Shown: positions 1 through 17,162 of the stretch, in pieces
How the letters are laid out: the number at the start of each line of letters is the position of its first letter
Numbering within the stretch: position 1 is the stretch's first letter
Origin: the human T2T-CHM13v2.0 reference genome, Homo sapiens
DNA length: 64,000 nucleotides
Strand: one strand, 5' to 3'
NCBI RefSeq assembly: GCF_009914755.1
Contig: NC_060946.1
Made by a program: the position numbers and the translations under genes
The notes under the pieces: generated by a model
Databases searched by the model: none
What the model saw: only the letters and a program-made list of their open reading frames with translations
What the model was told of the DNA's origin: nothing

Positions 1-817
1 CCATGGGACAGGCTTACAGATGTGCTGGCTGAGCGGCCCCACACACCCTTCTTTCTTCCCTTGTACCAAAGGGCTCAGTAGCTGTCCTCCCACTTCCATA
101 AATGCCAGCCGGCCACCCCTGTGCCTTCACGCAGCTTCCAAAGGCCCCTCGCAGGGACCCTCTGAGTCCCCCAGGGCTCTCCCCTCATGCTAGTGGGCTC
201 ATGTCTGTAAGGTAGAGGGCCCAGTCCTCCTTCTTCCTCATCCTCCAGCTCTCAGTACACTTCTGGGAACCGCGTAGGTGCTTAGTAAATGCTGTTGGAT
301 AAAAGGGATTAGATAATTTATGACCAAAGATAGAGAATAATTGCCAATGAGAATTACATACTAATAACGCAAATAGCTCTGAGTTCATCTTGAAGTTTCT
401 TTCTTGACCTGATTCTCAACAAGGGGAACATAAAATCAAAGGTTGGCCTATTTAGCTAGATGGTGATGAACCGTGAAACTTCAATTGGCAGCCAGGGAAG
501 GCTGATTATATAGATTAGAAATGCATTTATATCAGGCTCTTTTATCTACCAAGAAGCACTGAGAAAGTGGGAGATGGAGTCCATGAACGCTTTGATATTT
601 ATGTCTCTTTCCTTCAGTTTTTCTGAGGTCCTTCTATGTTCATATGACATGGCTGAGCTTTCTCTTCACATAGAAGTTCAGTTTCTGTATTCGAAAGTGG
701 CCTTTGACCTCTGTGGATGGAGAATCCAGACTTTCTAATGGTGGTCTGGGACCCTTTTGATGAGCTGCCTGGAGGCTGGCATCATTTTTTACATGACTAT
801 TAAAAGCACATTTCAAA

Positions 818-1253
818 CTGGGCACAGTGGCTCACAAACGTAATCCCAGCACTTTTGGGAGGTCAAGGTGGATGGATCACTTGAGCTCAGGAATTCAAGA
901 CCAAACTGGACAATATGGCAAACTCTCTCTCTGTCTCTCACTTTCTGTATATATATATATATACATGTATATATGTATATATATGTATAAATATGTATTT
1001 ATACTTATTTTATATTTATATGTAAATATATATATACATATATATAATATATGTATGTATATATATATTTTACATGTATATAAAATTAGCCGGCAAATAA
1101 AAATTAGCTGGTAAATACAAAAATTACTTGGGGGGGTTGAGAGGCAGGGGGATCACTTGAGCATGGGAGGTCAAGGCTGCAGTGAGCCATGATCGCACTA
1201 CTGCACTCCAGCCTGGGAGACAAAGTGAGATCCTGTCTCTAAATAAATAAATA
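818..1253 (+). mobile_element. AluJ-like SINE with its central linker expanded into a (CT)/(TA) microsatellite
   Basis: Left arm ctgggcacagtggctcacaaacgtaatcccagcac; right arm gaggtcaaggctgcagtgagccatgatcgcac; (TAAA)n tail; flanking cacatttca direct repeat (807-815, 1258-1266). Confidence 0.9.
923..1082. repeat. (CT)n/(TA)n low-complexity microsatellite
   Basis: Direct reading. Confidence 0.95.
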
Positions 1254-1529
1254 CAGACACATTTCACGCCTTTTACATGTTGTTTGGAAACTGCTCAAGG
1301 GAGGGTCAAGTGTGTTATTCAGGTCAGGTTCCAAACATATGATGACGGAATTGGTGGAAACATAGGTTAACCATGTTCTTTCCCAAGTCATAACTGTGCC
1401 TTTCTCATCCATTTGCATAAAAATCCCTGAGCACAAGTGCCTGCTCCAGTTCCCTTCCTGGGGACGCCCCCCGCATGCTGTGCTTATTAAAGGCACAGCC
1501 TGGCTGGGATCAGGACGCTCCTGTCTCAC

Positions 1530-2082
1530 TCCTCACATTCTCCAGGCCCATTAATTGTGACAATTAGTGACACTTGTGTTTTGTGTCAGTATAATTCATA
1601 AATTCATGAATAAACAACAGTATTCTGAGAATTGATCACTCTTTCGCAGTGACTGGCAGCTTCTACAGAGCAAGGTCCCTGGGAACCATTTCAACATCCA
1701 AAGTACTTTGCATATTGGGGGCATGGTCCATCATCTGGTGAAATTTGCCTATGGAAGGAAGAAGGAGAAGGGAAATGAAGGAGGAAAGAAAAGAGGTGAG
1801 AGGGAAAGAGGGAAAGAGGGAAGGAGGGAAGGAAAAAAGGAAGGAAGGAAGAAAGGAAGGGAGGAAGGAAGAAAGGAAGGAAGGAAGGAAGTGGGGGAGG
1901 GAGGGAGAATAATTTGTGAATTCACGAATCAGCAACAATACATTGAGAACTGATCACTCTGCTCAGGTTGACTGTCAGTGTCTACAGAGCAGGATCTCCT
2001 CACACTCTCTAGGCTCATTAATTGTTTGTGACAACTAGTGACACTTGTGTTTGTTGCCAGTATAATTTGTGAATTCACGAAT
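1530..2082. repeat. Diverged ~150-bp local duplication with permuted block order
   Basis: 1530-1674 aligns to 1997-2082 plus 1909-1994; perfect 21-nt direct repeat at 1909-1929 and 2062-2082. Confidence 0.85.
1753..1908. repeat. Polypurine (GGAA/GGGA)n tract
   Basis: Direct reading. Confidence 0.95.
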
Positions 2083-2343
2083 AAAGAAAGAAAAGAAGGA
2101 AGGAGGGAGGGAGGGAGGGAAGAGGGAAGGAAGGAAGGAAGGAAGGAAGGAGAGAGAAGGAAGGGAGGGAGGAAAGGAAGGAAGGAAGGAAGGAGAGAGA
2201 AGGAAGGGAGAGAGGAAAGGAAGGAAGAAAGGAAGGAGAGAAGAAGGAAGGGAAGGAGGAAAGGAAGAAAAAACAGAAAGGAGGGAAGAAGGGAGGGAGG
2301 ATGAAGGCCAGGAAGGAGAGAAGGAAGAAGAGAGGCAGAGAGA
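2083..2343. repeat. Polypurine (GGAA/GGGA)n tract
   Basis: Direct reading. Confidence 0.95.
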
Positions 2344-3749
2344 TCCCCTCCCCTCAACCCCCAAAACACCTTTTGGTACATTTTACCAACACCTGCATTT
2401 CAAAATGGTTCTGGAAGTTCTGGTTCTTGGTCTCATGTGTCAAGTTAGCTGCACACATATTTGCCGCACATCCCTCTGTGCCACCCTGGGAGTGCAGGGC
2501 CAGTTCTGAAGAGCCGTGCACTCGTGGCCATGGTCCAGTGGCCGTACAACAGCCTGGTGTCTATAACACAGGGCAATTCGAGTTTGGATCCATTTAAACA
2601 TGTACTGCCTTTTGTCATTCACAGTTTCATGCATGTCACTCTTGTCTCCAGGATAAACTGGAGCAGAAACTGTCTCATTCAACGTGTGTGTTGCTGTAAC
2701 CCCAGGTTCTACCACTGTCTTGAGCACACAGTAGGGAATTTAAGAAGCAGTTTATCTGGGGCTCTGAATGCATGGCTATTTCATACCTCAGCTCCCAACT
2801 CCAGGGGCCTACTCACCCTCCATGCAAGTGAAAACCCCCAGATACCTCTGCCCACCACTCACAGCCTCATCAACCCTCAGCGTTGGAAGGGCCTCTGGGG
2901 TGCAGGGTGTTCAGCAAGGTCCTGCAGCCCGCCCACCAGGCACCTCATGTCCCAACACGAACTGTTTACATATGTGATGAGGTTCTGCTCTTAATCCAAT
3001 TATACCTTCATGTATGCACCCAGATTCTGTTGAGCACTCCCACTGGCATTAATGATATAGCATTGAAAGAAATAAAACCTAACAGAACAAACAGAAAGCC
3101 AGGGACAGTTAACTAACAGCAACAAGACCCTGTCCTCAAATAGCTGTCCTCCCACTGGGTGGACAGAGAGATGGGCATGCAGTGGGGAGGCATGAGTCCC
3201 TGAGTACAATCATCTGTCACCCTCCACTTGCACAGAGTGAAATCTCCTCCCTGAATGCTCAGCACTGGCAGGAAGGACACATGATGTGCTCAACTGGAAA
3301 TTCAAGAAAGAGGGGGCTCCAGGGTCAGGCCCAGGGGAGAGGTCTCCTCTCTGCCATGAGGCTTCTTATGGGGACCACATTTTTCATTGGGTTTAATGAC
3401 AGTGACAGTCCTGGCATCTGCTTAGAGGATGAGGTGGGGAGAGTTTTTATGCTAACTGCAACATGAGGATAAACACAGAGAACAGGCCTTGATCTACTCC
3501 AGAGGGTTTCCGGACACCCAGCGGGATGCATACACAGATGATGCAGCAGCAGGGACAGCCACGAGTCCCCGTTCACCTTGCCCCACCTTCCCTAGAAAAC
3601 AACATGACCTCTTCTTGGACGACCAGCCTTCCTTTCAGTTCCTCATCTCATCTCATCTCATCTGATCTCAGCCCTATCCAAGGCTGGCTTCAGGTCTTCC
3701 CTCTCTGCTAGCTTCCTCTGCTACTGTCAACATGGGAAGGTGCCCTTTA

Positions 3750-4350
3750 AAAACAAACGAACAAACCAAAAGGAAGCAGACCCTAACTGGTTCCCCTGTC
3801 CCTACCCGGATACTGCACCAGCTCTCTGCTTCCATTCAAGGTGAAGCTTCTAGAAAGCACAGTCGCTGCTGAATGTCCTACTCCTCTCCTCCTACCTGTG
3901 CCCACCACTCACCACTCATGTGGCTCTCATGAGGCAGAGGATTCCCCTTTCTTCTCAGGCTTCCAGGGTGCAGAGCGCTCTCACTTCCTTCTCTGGGCTT
4001 CCAGGTATGGGGTAGGTCTTCCTGGAGTCCTCTGTGGCTACTTCCTCCAGCTGCTTTTATAATGTCAACATTGCCTAAAATCCATTCTCAACCTCCTCCT
4101 CATTTCTATTTGAAGGACCCCTTCCCTGGCTTCAGTTCCCACCACTGACTGATGACCCCTGATTGACACATCCAGCCCCTCCTCCCTGCACTCCAGGGCC
4201 TTGATACTCCACCTTCCTCCACTGTCTGGGGTTCCCACCTGGGGGTGCCACAGCACCTGGAGCTCTGTTGTCTCAAGCTGAATTCATTCCCCTTTCCCTC
4301 ACAGTTCCCCACCACCCTGGAGAGGACATTCCAGGAAAGCAACATCCCTG
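3750..4350 (+). mobile_element. L2 LINE relic (approximate boundaries)
   Basis: Pyrimidine-rich L2-like text, e.g. ggcttcagttcccaccactgactgatgacccc and ctcaagctgaattcatt. Confidence 0.5.
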
Positions 4351-5197
4351 GTTTTCCCATACACGCTCCCATGTATTTCAGATCTGTTTTTGCTGTTTCT
4401 AATGCCATTTGGTGACTCCCTGTAGTCTACAGGAATCGTTTCTGCTACCAACCGTTCTTGGAACAGCTTCACAATTTCTCCCACATCCCTATCTATAATT
4501 GACTTAATATTTTTCTTTAAATCATTGTAAAATCAACTCATATTTTATAATTTCGCCTTGTCTAAGAAACAGACTAGAGAGGTTACTTACTTTTTGTCTA
4601 ATATTTATACAAATAAATTAAAACCTTGTGACGAGCCATTTATATTCCACTGACCTGAATAGCTGTAATGCTCACACTGTGCCCTGGGAGAGGCTGGCTG
4701 TGGCACCCAGGAGCTGCCCTCTCTACCCAGTCTTGGAGTGAAGATGCTGGGGTGTGTCCAGCCACTGGATTGTCATGCAGCTCCCTGAACACACACAGCT
4801 CCTTCATGCCTGACCACTAAGGGCTCTCAGACCCACCTGCCTGAGTGGAGGAGGACTGAAAATGATTCCAGAATGATCTCCTCTATCTCAGAAACCAGAT
4901 AAAACATCTTTGACGTGGGAGCTGCAGTACTGAGCCCACAGCCCACACTCCCTGCTCATCACCCCAGCTCATCACACCATCACAGTCCTCACTCTGCAGA
5001 CAGGGACACTGAGGCCCAGGGGTGAGTAGCTCCCAGGCTCACCTGGCTGGAACCTGGAGGAGGAATGTTTCAGCACCAGGTACGTCTGTCTTCTCTGCTT
5101 GCATCTTTCATCATGTGTCTGAATCCCAGCTCCATCTTTTGCTTTCCAACCTCTGTGAATCTGACTATCTTCATCTGTAAACCAGACCTGGCTTTAA

Positions 5198-5517
<320 letters not shown>

Positions 5518-5849
5518 TTTAATGACTATTTCTTAGGATTTGGAGCCCAGTGAATTAAAATAATGTGTCTGAGGCATGTCCAAGTTGCTAGCAAAGAGAA
5601 TCAGATAGTATCAGAGGCAAAGGCTAGGAGTAACACATATCAACTTGCCTTTCTATGTACTAGACCCTGGGCCTCTGAGGTGACTGGCAAAGGCCCTGGC
5701 GCACAGTGGGTGCTCAGTGAGTTTACTGACTGCATCTGCTGGAATCTTCCACACCCTTTCTCTTGCTCTCTTTGCCCAAGGTGTGTTGACCCTGAGCTGT
5801 TCCTCAAGTTGACCTCAGGAACCTGGCGTTTACAGAGCCCTCTGCCTAG

Positions 5850-6370
5850 GACATGTTCTCCTGGACATCAGTGAGGCTTGAGCCCTCCTTCCTTTTAAAT
5901 ATGTATGGAAAAGCCACCAGCTCAGGGAGGCCCTGCACATGCAACATAATGCACATGGCCCTGGAGGCCTCTCCTCCATTACCCTGTATTGTTTTTCTTC
6001 ACAGCGCCTGTCACCACCTCTCAGATCATATATGTCTGTAGTTTATTGTTATATATTGTAATTCCCCCAAAAAATGTAAGTTCTGTGGTAACTGGGACTT
6101 GGTGTAGCCACCACTGTGCCCCAACACTGCCTGACACATAGTAGGCATTCAATAAATATTTCTGAATGAACATATATGAATAACATCATAAATAAATATA
6201 CACATGAATAAATGATGAGAATGCCTGAACTCAGCTCCACGGAGCAGAGGCTGCACCTGAATGGTTCTCTGTTTTATCCCAGGCTCTAGAACAAAGCCTG
6301 GCAAACAGAAGACACTCTGTTTTGTGGAATGAATGAATGTATAAATGAATGAGTGGATGGATGACTTCCA
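5850..6370 (+). mobile_element. L2 3' end fragments
   Basis: tgcctgacacatagtaggcattcaataaatatttctgaatgaa and (GAAT)n tails typical of L2 3' ends. Confidence 0.75.
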
Positions 6371-6827
6371 TAATATTTATAATCTATAATATCTCTCTTC
6401 TGCCATTTATTTTTTAACTGCCATGAATTCCAGATATTTCTAGGCATGTCCAGATTTAACATATGTTGGCCTTAGTGACCTCATCTGGTTGTGCTGCCAT
6501 TTACTGAGCTGACTGTCATGGCTGTCACCGTGGGAGACCCTTGGGGAATGGTTCATCGGTTTAGGACTGAAAACAGACCCTCTGGGAGGCCACACCGCAA
6601 CCACGAAGGGTCCAGGGGGTGGACGTGTGGGGAGATGGACTGATTCCTCAGTTTTACACACCATCTGGGAAGGCCAGGCCCTTTATTAAAGAGAATCAAT
6701 ATTTGTACAGTCGGTAGATTGTAAAATTTTATAGTTGTAAAGTGACAGGTTTTCCTAACTGGCCCCCAAAGAGATATAAAACCCGACGGCAAAAGTTACC
6801 TGATGATCCCACAATAGGTGGCAACTG

Positions 6828-7085
6828 CAGAACACAGAGAACACGAGGGGCCACTTCACGCATGACAGAGAGAGCATGAGGGGCCACCTCACGCATGACA
6901 CAGAGAACACGAGGGGCCACCTCATGCATGACACAGAGAACACGAGGGGCCACCTCATGCATGACACAGAGAGCACACAGGGCCATGTCACGCATGACAC
7001 AGAGAGCGCGAGGGGCCGCGTCACACATGACACAGAGAGCACGCGGGGCCACTTCACGCATGACCGTCTCAGAGGGCACAGAGGA
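6828..7085. repeat. 33-bp minisatellite, ~8 copies
   Basis: Unit cacagagaacacgaggggccacctcatgcatga; cagagaacac recurs at 6901 and 6934. Confidence 0.95.
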
Positions 7086-7262
7086 TGCCCAGTGTTAAAG
7101 ATGTAGATGCTGTTAGGGTTTTGGCACAATCTCAGTGTTGGATTTGAGATCTTGCTGATGTTTGTGCCTTATTAGGAAATGACAATGATATGAATTTTTA
7201 AAAGAAGAAAAAAGAAAAATATAAATTTTTTCTTTTATATGGGAAATTTTATGGGAAATTTA

Positions 7263-7605
<343 letters not shown>

Positions 7606-8480
7606 TCAAATATATCAACAAGTACAATAAATGTAAGTCAATTAATTCTATCAATTAAATCCCAAAGAATATGAACTGGCTAAAGAGAAAAAATATCCAT
7701 ATATGTGTTATTTACATTAACACACATAAAATATGAGTACATTTTAGGGCTGGCAATAGAGAAAAAGTTTTCCAGATAAATTTGGTGTGACAACATTAAT
7801 ATATAATAAAACAAGCTATAATAAAAATGTGATACTAGGAATGTATTTTTACGTAATTTTGGGAGGGTTAAAAGTTCATTAAGAAAACTCATGATTACCT
7901 TAATAGATGCAGACAAAGGTTCACCATCAATTCATGTTAGAGGGTAAAAAAAGAAAAGGAAAACAAAACAAAAAAAGCTATTAGTAAATCTAGGGATAGA
8001 AGGAACTTTCTCTGATCAAATAGAGTATCTGCAAAAATAACTTAGCATAAACAGCACACTTAAACACTGCCACTGAAATTGAATGAGACAAGGAGTTTGC
8101 TACCACGAAATCTGATCCACATTGTAATAGTGGTCATAGCCAGTGCAATATGCCAAGAAAAAACATAATAAAACTTGTATTGTGAAAAAACCTATGATTT
8201 CAGAGGACATAACTGTGTATTTTGAAATTTAAAAGACTTTAAACTATTACAATTAATAATGAAACATTAAAAATGCTGGATTTAAGACAAATAATAAAAT
8301 TTAATATATTTTTGCACTCCATAAATATAAAATGAAATGTTTAAAATATATTTTAAGATAGCATCAAACAAAATCAAATGCCCAGAAATGAATCTAACCA
8401 AAGATGTTCAAAATCTCTACATCAGTGCTACACAAAGCACAGATAATAAAGTATTTTTAACAGTTTTAAATGAGATAAAC

Positions 8481-8552
8481 TAGTATAGGTATGTAGAAAT
8501 TTTAGTATAGGTATGTAGTATAGGTATTAGTATAGGTATGTAGAAACTTTTA
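8481..8552. repeat. Short tandem repeat of tagtataggtat(g), 4 copies
   Basis: Direct reading. Confidence 0.85.
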
Positions 8553-9274
8553 TGGCTGTTTTGAAATTACCGGAATATTTTTATTTTATTTTAAAAACAT
8601 ATTCACTTAGAAATTAAAACAGAAAAAACTGGTTCTCTACCACAGAGGATTTGAGACAAACTGTTACATATAACGCCTCTATATTTTGAGAAAAAAAATG
8701 AAGTTTTACATAAATAGAGAGACACCTCCTGTTTGTTAAGAGGAAGACTCACTAATATAAAGACGACAGCTTTTCCTAAATCAAGTGACGGATTTATTGC
8801 AATTCCAAACGAAACTCCAGAAGGATATTTGTGTGTTTGTAGAAATTCACAAGTTGAGTCTGACATTTACATGGAAATGTAATAGGCAAATTGAGGGAAA
8901 AGACCAAAGCTGTATCATTTGCAACACTACCTACTATATCGGATGTTCCATTGTAAAACTATAGTAACCGAGACATTGATATGGTATTGATGCAAAGATG
9001 GCCAAATAGACCAGTGGCACCAAATAGAGAGTTGAGAATCAAACCCACACATTTGTAGTCACCTGATTTCTAACAAAAATATTCTGCAAGGTAGTAGGAA
9101 AAGGATGGTCTTTTTAATAAATGATGCCTGGTCAACTGGATATTCATAAGGAAGTGAGACTCGCCATGGTATCTCACACCATTTGCAAACATCAAAGATG
9201 AACTTCAGCACTAAATGTACACAATAATATTTTGCAGAAAAACACAAGAGGGCATTTGTATCACCTTGGAGTAG

Positions 9275-9578
<304 letters not shown>

Positions 9579-10740
9579 GGAGTAGGTAAAATCTTAAACT
9601 TGATATTAAAATTGCTAAGCACAAGAAAATGGATATATATGATCCATTTCATCAGAAGACACATTAATAATGGTAAGTCGAGAAACAGAGTGGGAGAAAA
9701 TTATTAATGTATAACACAGAAAACATATAACAACACTTGAAATACACATAACACTTAAATACATATAATAAATGGACTTGTATCTAAAACATATTAAAAT
9801 ACATATAAATTATAACATAAAGGCAAGCAACTCAATGCAAATTTTCCCAAAGACCAGAGGAGACGTGTATGAAAATAAATGTTCAAATGGTCAATACAAC
9901 ATGAAAATCTCCTGCACTTTATTAGCTATCAGGGGATGCAAATTAAAGCCATAATTCAACACCAGTGTGTAGCCACCAGAATGCCTCAAACACAAAAGAC
10001 AGGCAATAGCAGGTCTTGAGGGTGTGGAGTTCAAGGCAGCTCATGCACTGCTGGTGGGAATATAATTGGCACAACCACTTTGGGAAACCATGTGGAAGAA
10101 TTCTTAACAGCTCAACAAATCCACATCTTACGCACAGCAATTTCATTTCTAGGTTCACGTCTCACAGAAACGCATATGTGAGTTCTTCTAAAGACATGAA
10201 AAGTTTATAAAGGCACTATTCATTACCACATAACTAGGAATTTCCCAAACGCCCATCAATAATGGAACAGACACATCAACTTTAGTATATCATGCAGTGA
10301 AACACTTACAGCAGGAGGCTTGAACATCTACAACAATGCCCCAAACGGTGGATGCCCTTCTTATAGAGTGAAAACAGTAAGGCACAAATGAGCATGTGCA
10401 GTGCAATTCCATTTATACAAAGGATAAAAGCAGGCAAAACTAACCTATGGGGTTAGACATTGGGATCATGGCTTCCCTTAAGAACAGCGTTGTAACTGGC
10501 CAGGGAATGAGGCAATTCAGAAGCCACAGCCACTTTCTGCTTCTTGATCCTGGTGCTGGTTACACAAGTGTGCTCATCTCAGGGCAATTCACTGAGTAGT
10601 ACATTTATGTTTTGCTTCTCTTTCTGCATGCATGTTATACTTTGACAAGTTTACTTAAAAATATTAACATCATTTAAGATGAAAAAAATTTCTAAATTGA
10701 GAATTAACTTGCCATTCTTATCTAAAAAAGAATATTTATT

Positions 10741-11035
10741 GCTGGGCGCGGTGGCTCACGCCTGTAATCCCAGCACTTTGGGAGGCTGAGGCTGGCGGAT
10801 CATGAGGTCAAGAGATCGAGACCATCCTGGCCAACATGGTGAAACCTTGTCTCTACTAAAGATACAAAAATTAGCTGGGCGTGGTGGTGCATGCCTTTAG
10901 TCTCAGCTACTCAAGAGGCTGAGGCAGGAGAATTGCTTGAACCCGTGAGGCAGAGGTTGCAGTAAGCCAAAATCACATCACTGTACCAGCCTGGTGACAG
11001 AGCGAGACTCCTGCCTCAAAAAAAAAAAAAAAAAA
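10741..11035 (+). mobile_element. AluS
   Basis: gctgggcgcggtggctcacgcc start, poly-A tail. Confidence 0.95.
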
Positions 11036-11170
11036 CTTATTAAACCAATAAAAATCCCAGAAACACCTAAAATAATTACTCTAAAAAGTGGTATCTTAGA
11101 GATAGTCCCTTTAACATCAAAATGAGACCAGTTCTCAAAATACTTCTACTCAACACCCTATTGAAAGTCC

Positions 11171-11439
11171 TTGAGACAGTCTCACCTGTCACTCAGGCTG
11201 GAATGCAGTGGTGTGAACACGGCTCACTTGATGTCCTGGGCTTGATCCTCCTACCTCAGCCTCCCAAGTAGCTGAGATTACATGTGTGTGTTACCACACC
11301 CAGCTAATTTTTTATTTTTTGTGGAGATGAGGTCCCACTATGTTGTCCAGTCTGGTCTTGAACTCTTGGCCTCAAGCGATCCTCCCACCATGACCTCCCA
11401 AAGTGCTAGGATTACAGATGTGAGCCACTGTGCCTGGAC
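11171..11439 (-). mobile_element. AluJ-like, tail lost
   Basis: ggcctcaagcgatcctcccacc; flanks tattgaaagtcctt / tatcggaagtctt resemble a decayed TSD. Confidence 0.85.
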
Positions 11440-11649
11440 CTATCGGAAGTCTTAATCAGCACAAAAATAAATGAACAACAGTAACAGCAAAAGAAAGACA
11501 CAGGATTGGAAAAGAGATACAAAAATTATTATTTTCAGAGCAAATAGTTGCTTACAAAAGAATCAATTTAATCTATGGAAGAATTATTGGAAGTAATAGA
11601 GAGTTTAGCAAGGGACATTAGATAAAAACTGAAGAAATCTGAATCTATA

Positions 11650-11810
11650 GATTTTAGTTAATAATAATGTATCAATATTTGCTCATTATTTGCAACAAAT
11701 GTATCATACTAATGTAAGATGTTAACAATAAGGAAAACTGGATATGGGCACATAGTGACTCTATTAGCTTCACTAGGTTTCTTTAAATCTAAAACTGCTC
11801 TCAAATAGAG
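11650..11810 (+). mobile_element. L1MC-like 3' end fragment
   Basis: aataataatgtatcaatat...taatgtaagatgttaacaata...taaatctaaaactgctct. Confidence 0.65.
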
Positions 11811-12169
11811 TTTTTTTTTTTTTTTTAATTTTAAGTTCTGGGATACATATGCAGAATGCGCAGGTTTGTTACATAGGTACACATGTGCCATGGTGGTTTG
11901 CTGCACCTATCAACCTGTCATCTAGGTTTTAAGCCCCTACATGCATTAGGTATTTGTCCTAATGCTCTCCCTCCCCTGCCCCCCACCCCCCAAAAGGCCC
12001 TGGTGTGTGATGTTCCCCTCCCTGTGTCCATGTGTTCTCATTGTTCAACTCCCACTTATGAGTGAGAACATGCGGTGTTTGGTTTTCTGTTCCTGTGTTA
12101 GTTTGCTGAGAATGATGGTTTCTAGCTTCATCCGTGTCCCTGCAAAGGACATGATCTCATTCTTTTTTA
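11811..12169 (-). mobile_element. L1PA (L1PA7/8-like) 5'-truncated 3' end
   Basis: Poly-T then taagttctgggatacatatgcagaatgcgcaggtttg...cccacttatgagtgagaacatgcgg; near-identical to the copies at 33470 and 43590. Confidence 0.9.
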
Positions 12170-13850
<1,681 letters not shown>

Positions 13851-14310
13851 AGCTTTTATACCTACTGGAGCTCTCAAAAAAGAAATGATGCAACTTTTTG
13901 GCAAATGGAAAACTATCCTAAAATTTTAAAAGTTTGTTTTTTAAAAAAATGGACCACATAGCTTGAAGGCCAAATCAATCATTTCCAGAAAGTGCCTGGT
14001 CTCATAGCTTGAGCCTCCTTGGCCTCAGTTTGGCCTTAAGAATCCAGGAGGAAGGCATCCCTGGCCAGGAGTCACCCTTCAGGACACATTTTCAGACAGT
14101 TGTGTTAGAGGGGATGAGGGGAAGAAAGAGGGGAAATTTCTAGAGAAATGAGAGTGGGGAGAAGAAAAGCCTGAGAAACAATTGCCCATGCACACAGCCT
14201 GTCTCATAAGCAAAGCGACTATCACCTGGGAGATTTCCTGTTAGCTTGGAACATGGCTCTGACCCTCCTTCAGCCTTCCAAGAAAACACACTTATTAAAG
14301 ATGAGAAATA

Positions 14311-14612
14311 GGCCAGGTGTGGTTGCTCACGCCTGTAATCCCAGCACTTTGGGAGGCTGAGGTGGAAGGATCACTTGAAGCCAGGAGTTCAAGAACAGCC
14401 TGGCCAATGTACCCGAGACTCAGCTATACAAAAACTAAAAAAATAAATTAGGTAAGCATGGAGGTGCACACCTGTAGTCCCAGCTACTTGGGAAGCTGAG
14501 GTGGGAGAATTGCTTGAGCCTAGGAATTCAAAGCTGCAGTGAGCTATTAATCCCACCACCGCACTCCAGCCTGGGTGACAGAGTAAGACCCTGTCTCAAG
14601 AAAAAAAAAAAT
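14311..14612 (+). mobile_element. AluJ-like
   Basis: ggaggctgaggtggaaggatcacttgaagccaggagttcaag; poly-A continuing into a microsatellite. Confidence 0.9.
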
Positions 14613-14752
14613 AAACATGTATGTGTATATATATATATATATATACACACACATACACTTTATATATACATACACACTATATATATATACTTTATATATA
14701 CACACACTAAATATGTATACTTTATATATATACTTTATATATATAGAGAGAG
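14613..14752. repeat. (TA)n/(CA)n compound microsatellite grown from the Alu tail
   Basis: Direct reading; gagaaata TSD-like end matches 14303-14310. Confidence 0.9.
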
Positions 14753-15559
14753 AAATAAAAAAGGAACAAGCATCTGATTTATGTATACATTGAAAAATTA
14801 AAGGAGTAAAGAGTAGTGGAAAGAAGCGGTAAGCTATAAATATTTACCAAAAAATATTTGCACAAAGAGGTTAAAAATGTTAACTAATCACAACACCACG
14901 AACAGAAGAAAAACAACGATAAAGTGATTCCTCTAAAAAACAAACAAACAAAACAGAACACAAAAAGAAAGAGAGCGAGCAAGCTGTTGCACTCAGAGAT
15001 GCCCTGTTGAGAGACGGAGAAGAAATATGGGCTGTCAAAGCTCAGACGCTGAAGAAAAAAAATTTAAAAAAATTAAGAGCACATTAAAACCTCACCAAGG
15101 AGGGCAGAGGGTCCTGCATTTCCCTGTTTCTTATGCTTCATCTCCTCCCTTTCGTGCCTGGTTGGACTTGGAGTTTAATACCAGAAGGGCTCCCTTGATT
15201 AAGCCTCCAACCCTCTGCTCCTCTCTCCCCTTCTTCCCTGTAATGAGGAAGCAAACTCACCATCATTGAATCTCACTCTGCCTTCCCCAGGCTGGTGCTG
15301 GGCAGTTGGACATGCTGATGACAATGAGTGGCTGGGCTGGAGGGTACTACTTAGGTCTACCTTCATGAACCTCGGATTGACAGCCACCCTCCGCAACCCC
15401 CAGACTCTGGTCCCAGGAAATCTCCACATCAGCTGGAGACTCGGCTCTGCCTCGGAGCCAGCCAGCCCAGTCCAGCCACCCCATAGTCTGACAGCCAACC
15501 CCTCCATAACTTACTTTTCCTAAAATGCCCAGTATTATCTGAACACCCCACCCCATCGT

Positions 15560-17100
<1,541 letters not shown>

Positions 17101-17162
17101 GCTCGTGGCCCTGCACAGTCTCAACCCGGCAGCCCCCGGAAACCCACTTTTCAGTCGCATGC

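Noticed and set aside
1663-2509. ORFs rich in E/G/R/K or L/P/S/F
   Set aside because: Translations of the GGAA polypurine tracts
6729-7129. Repeat-protein ORFs with 11-aa period
   Set aside because: Product of a 33-bp VNTR; open on both strands; no gene context
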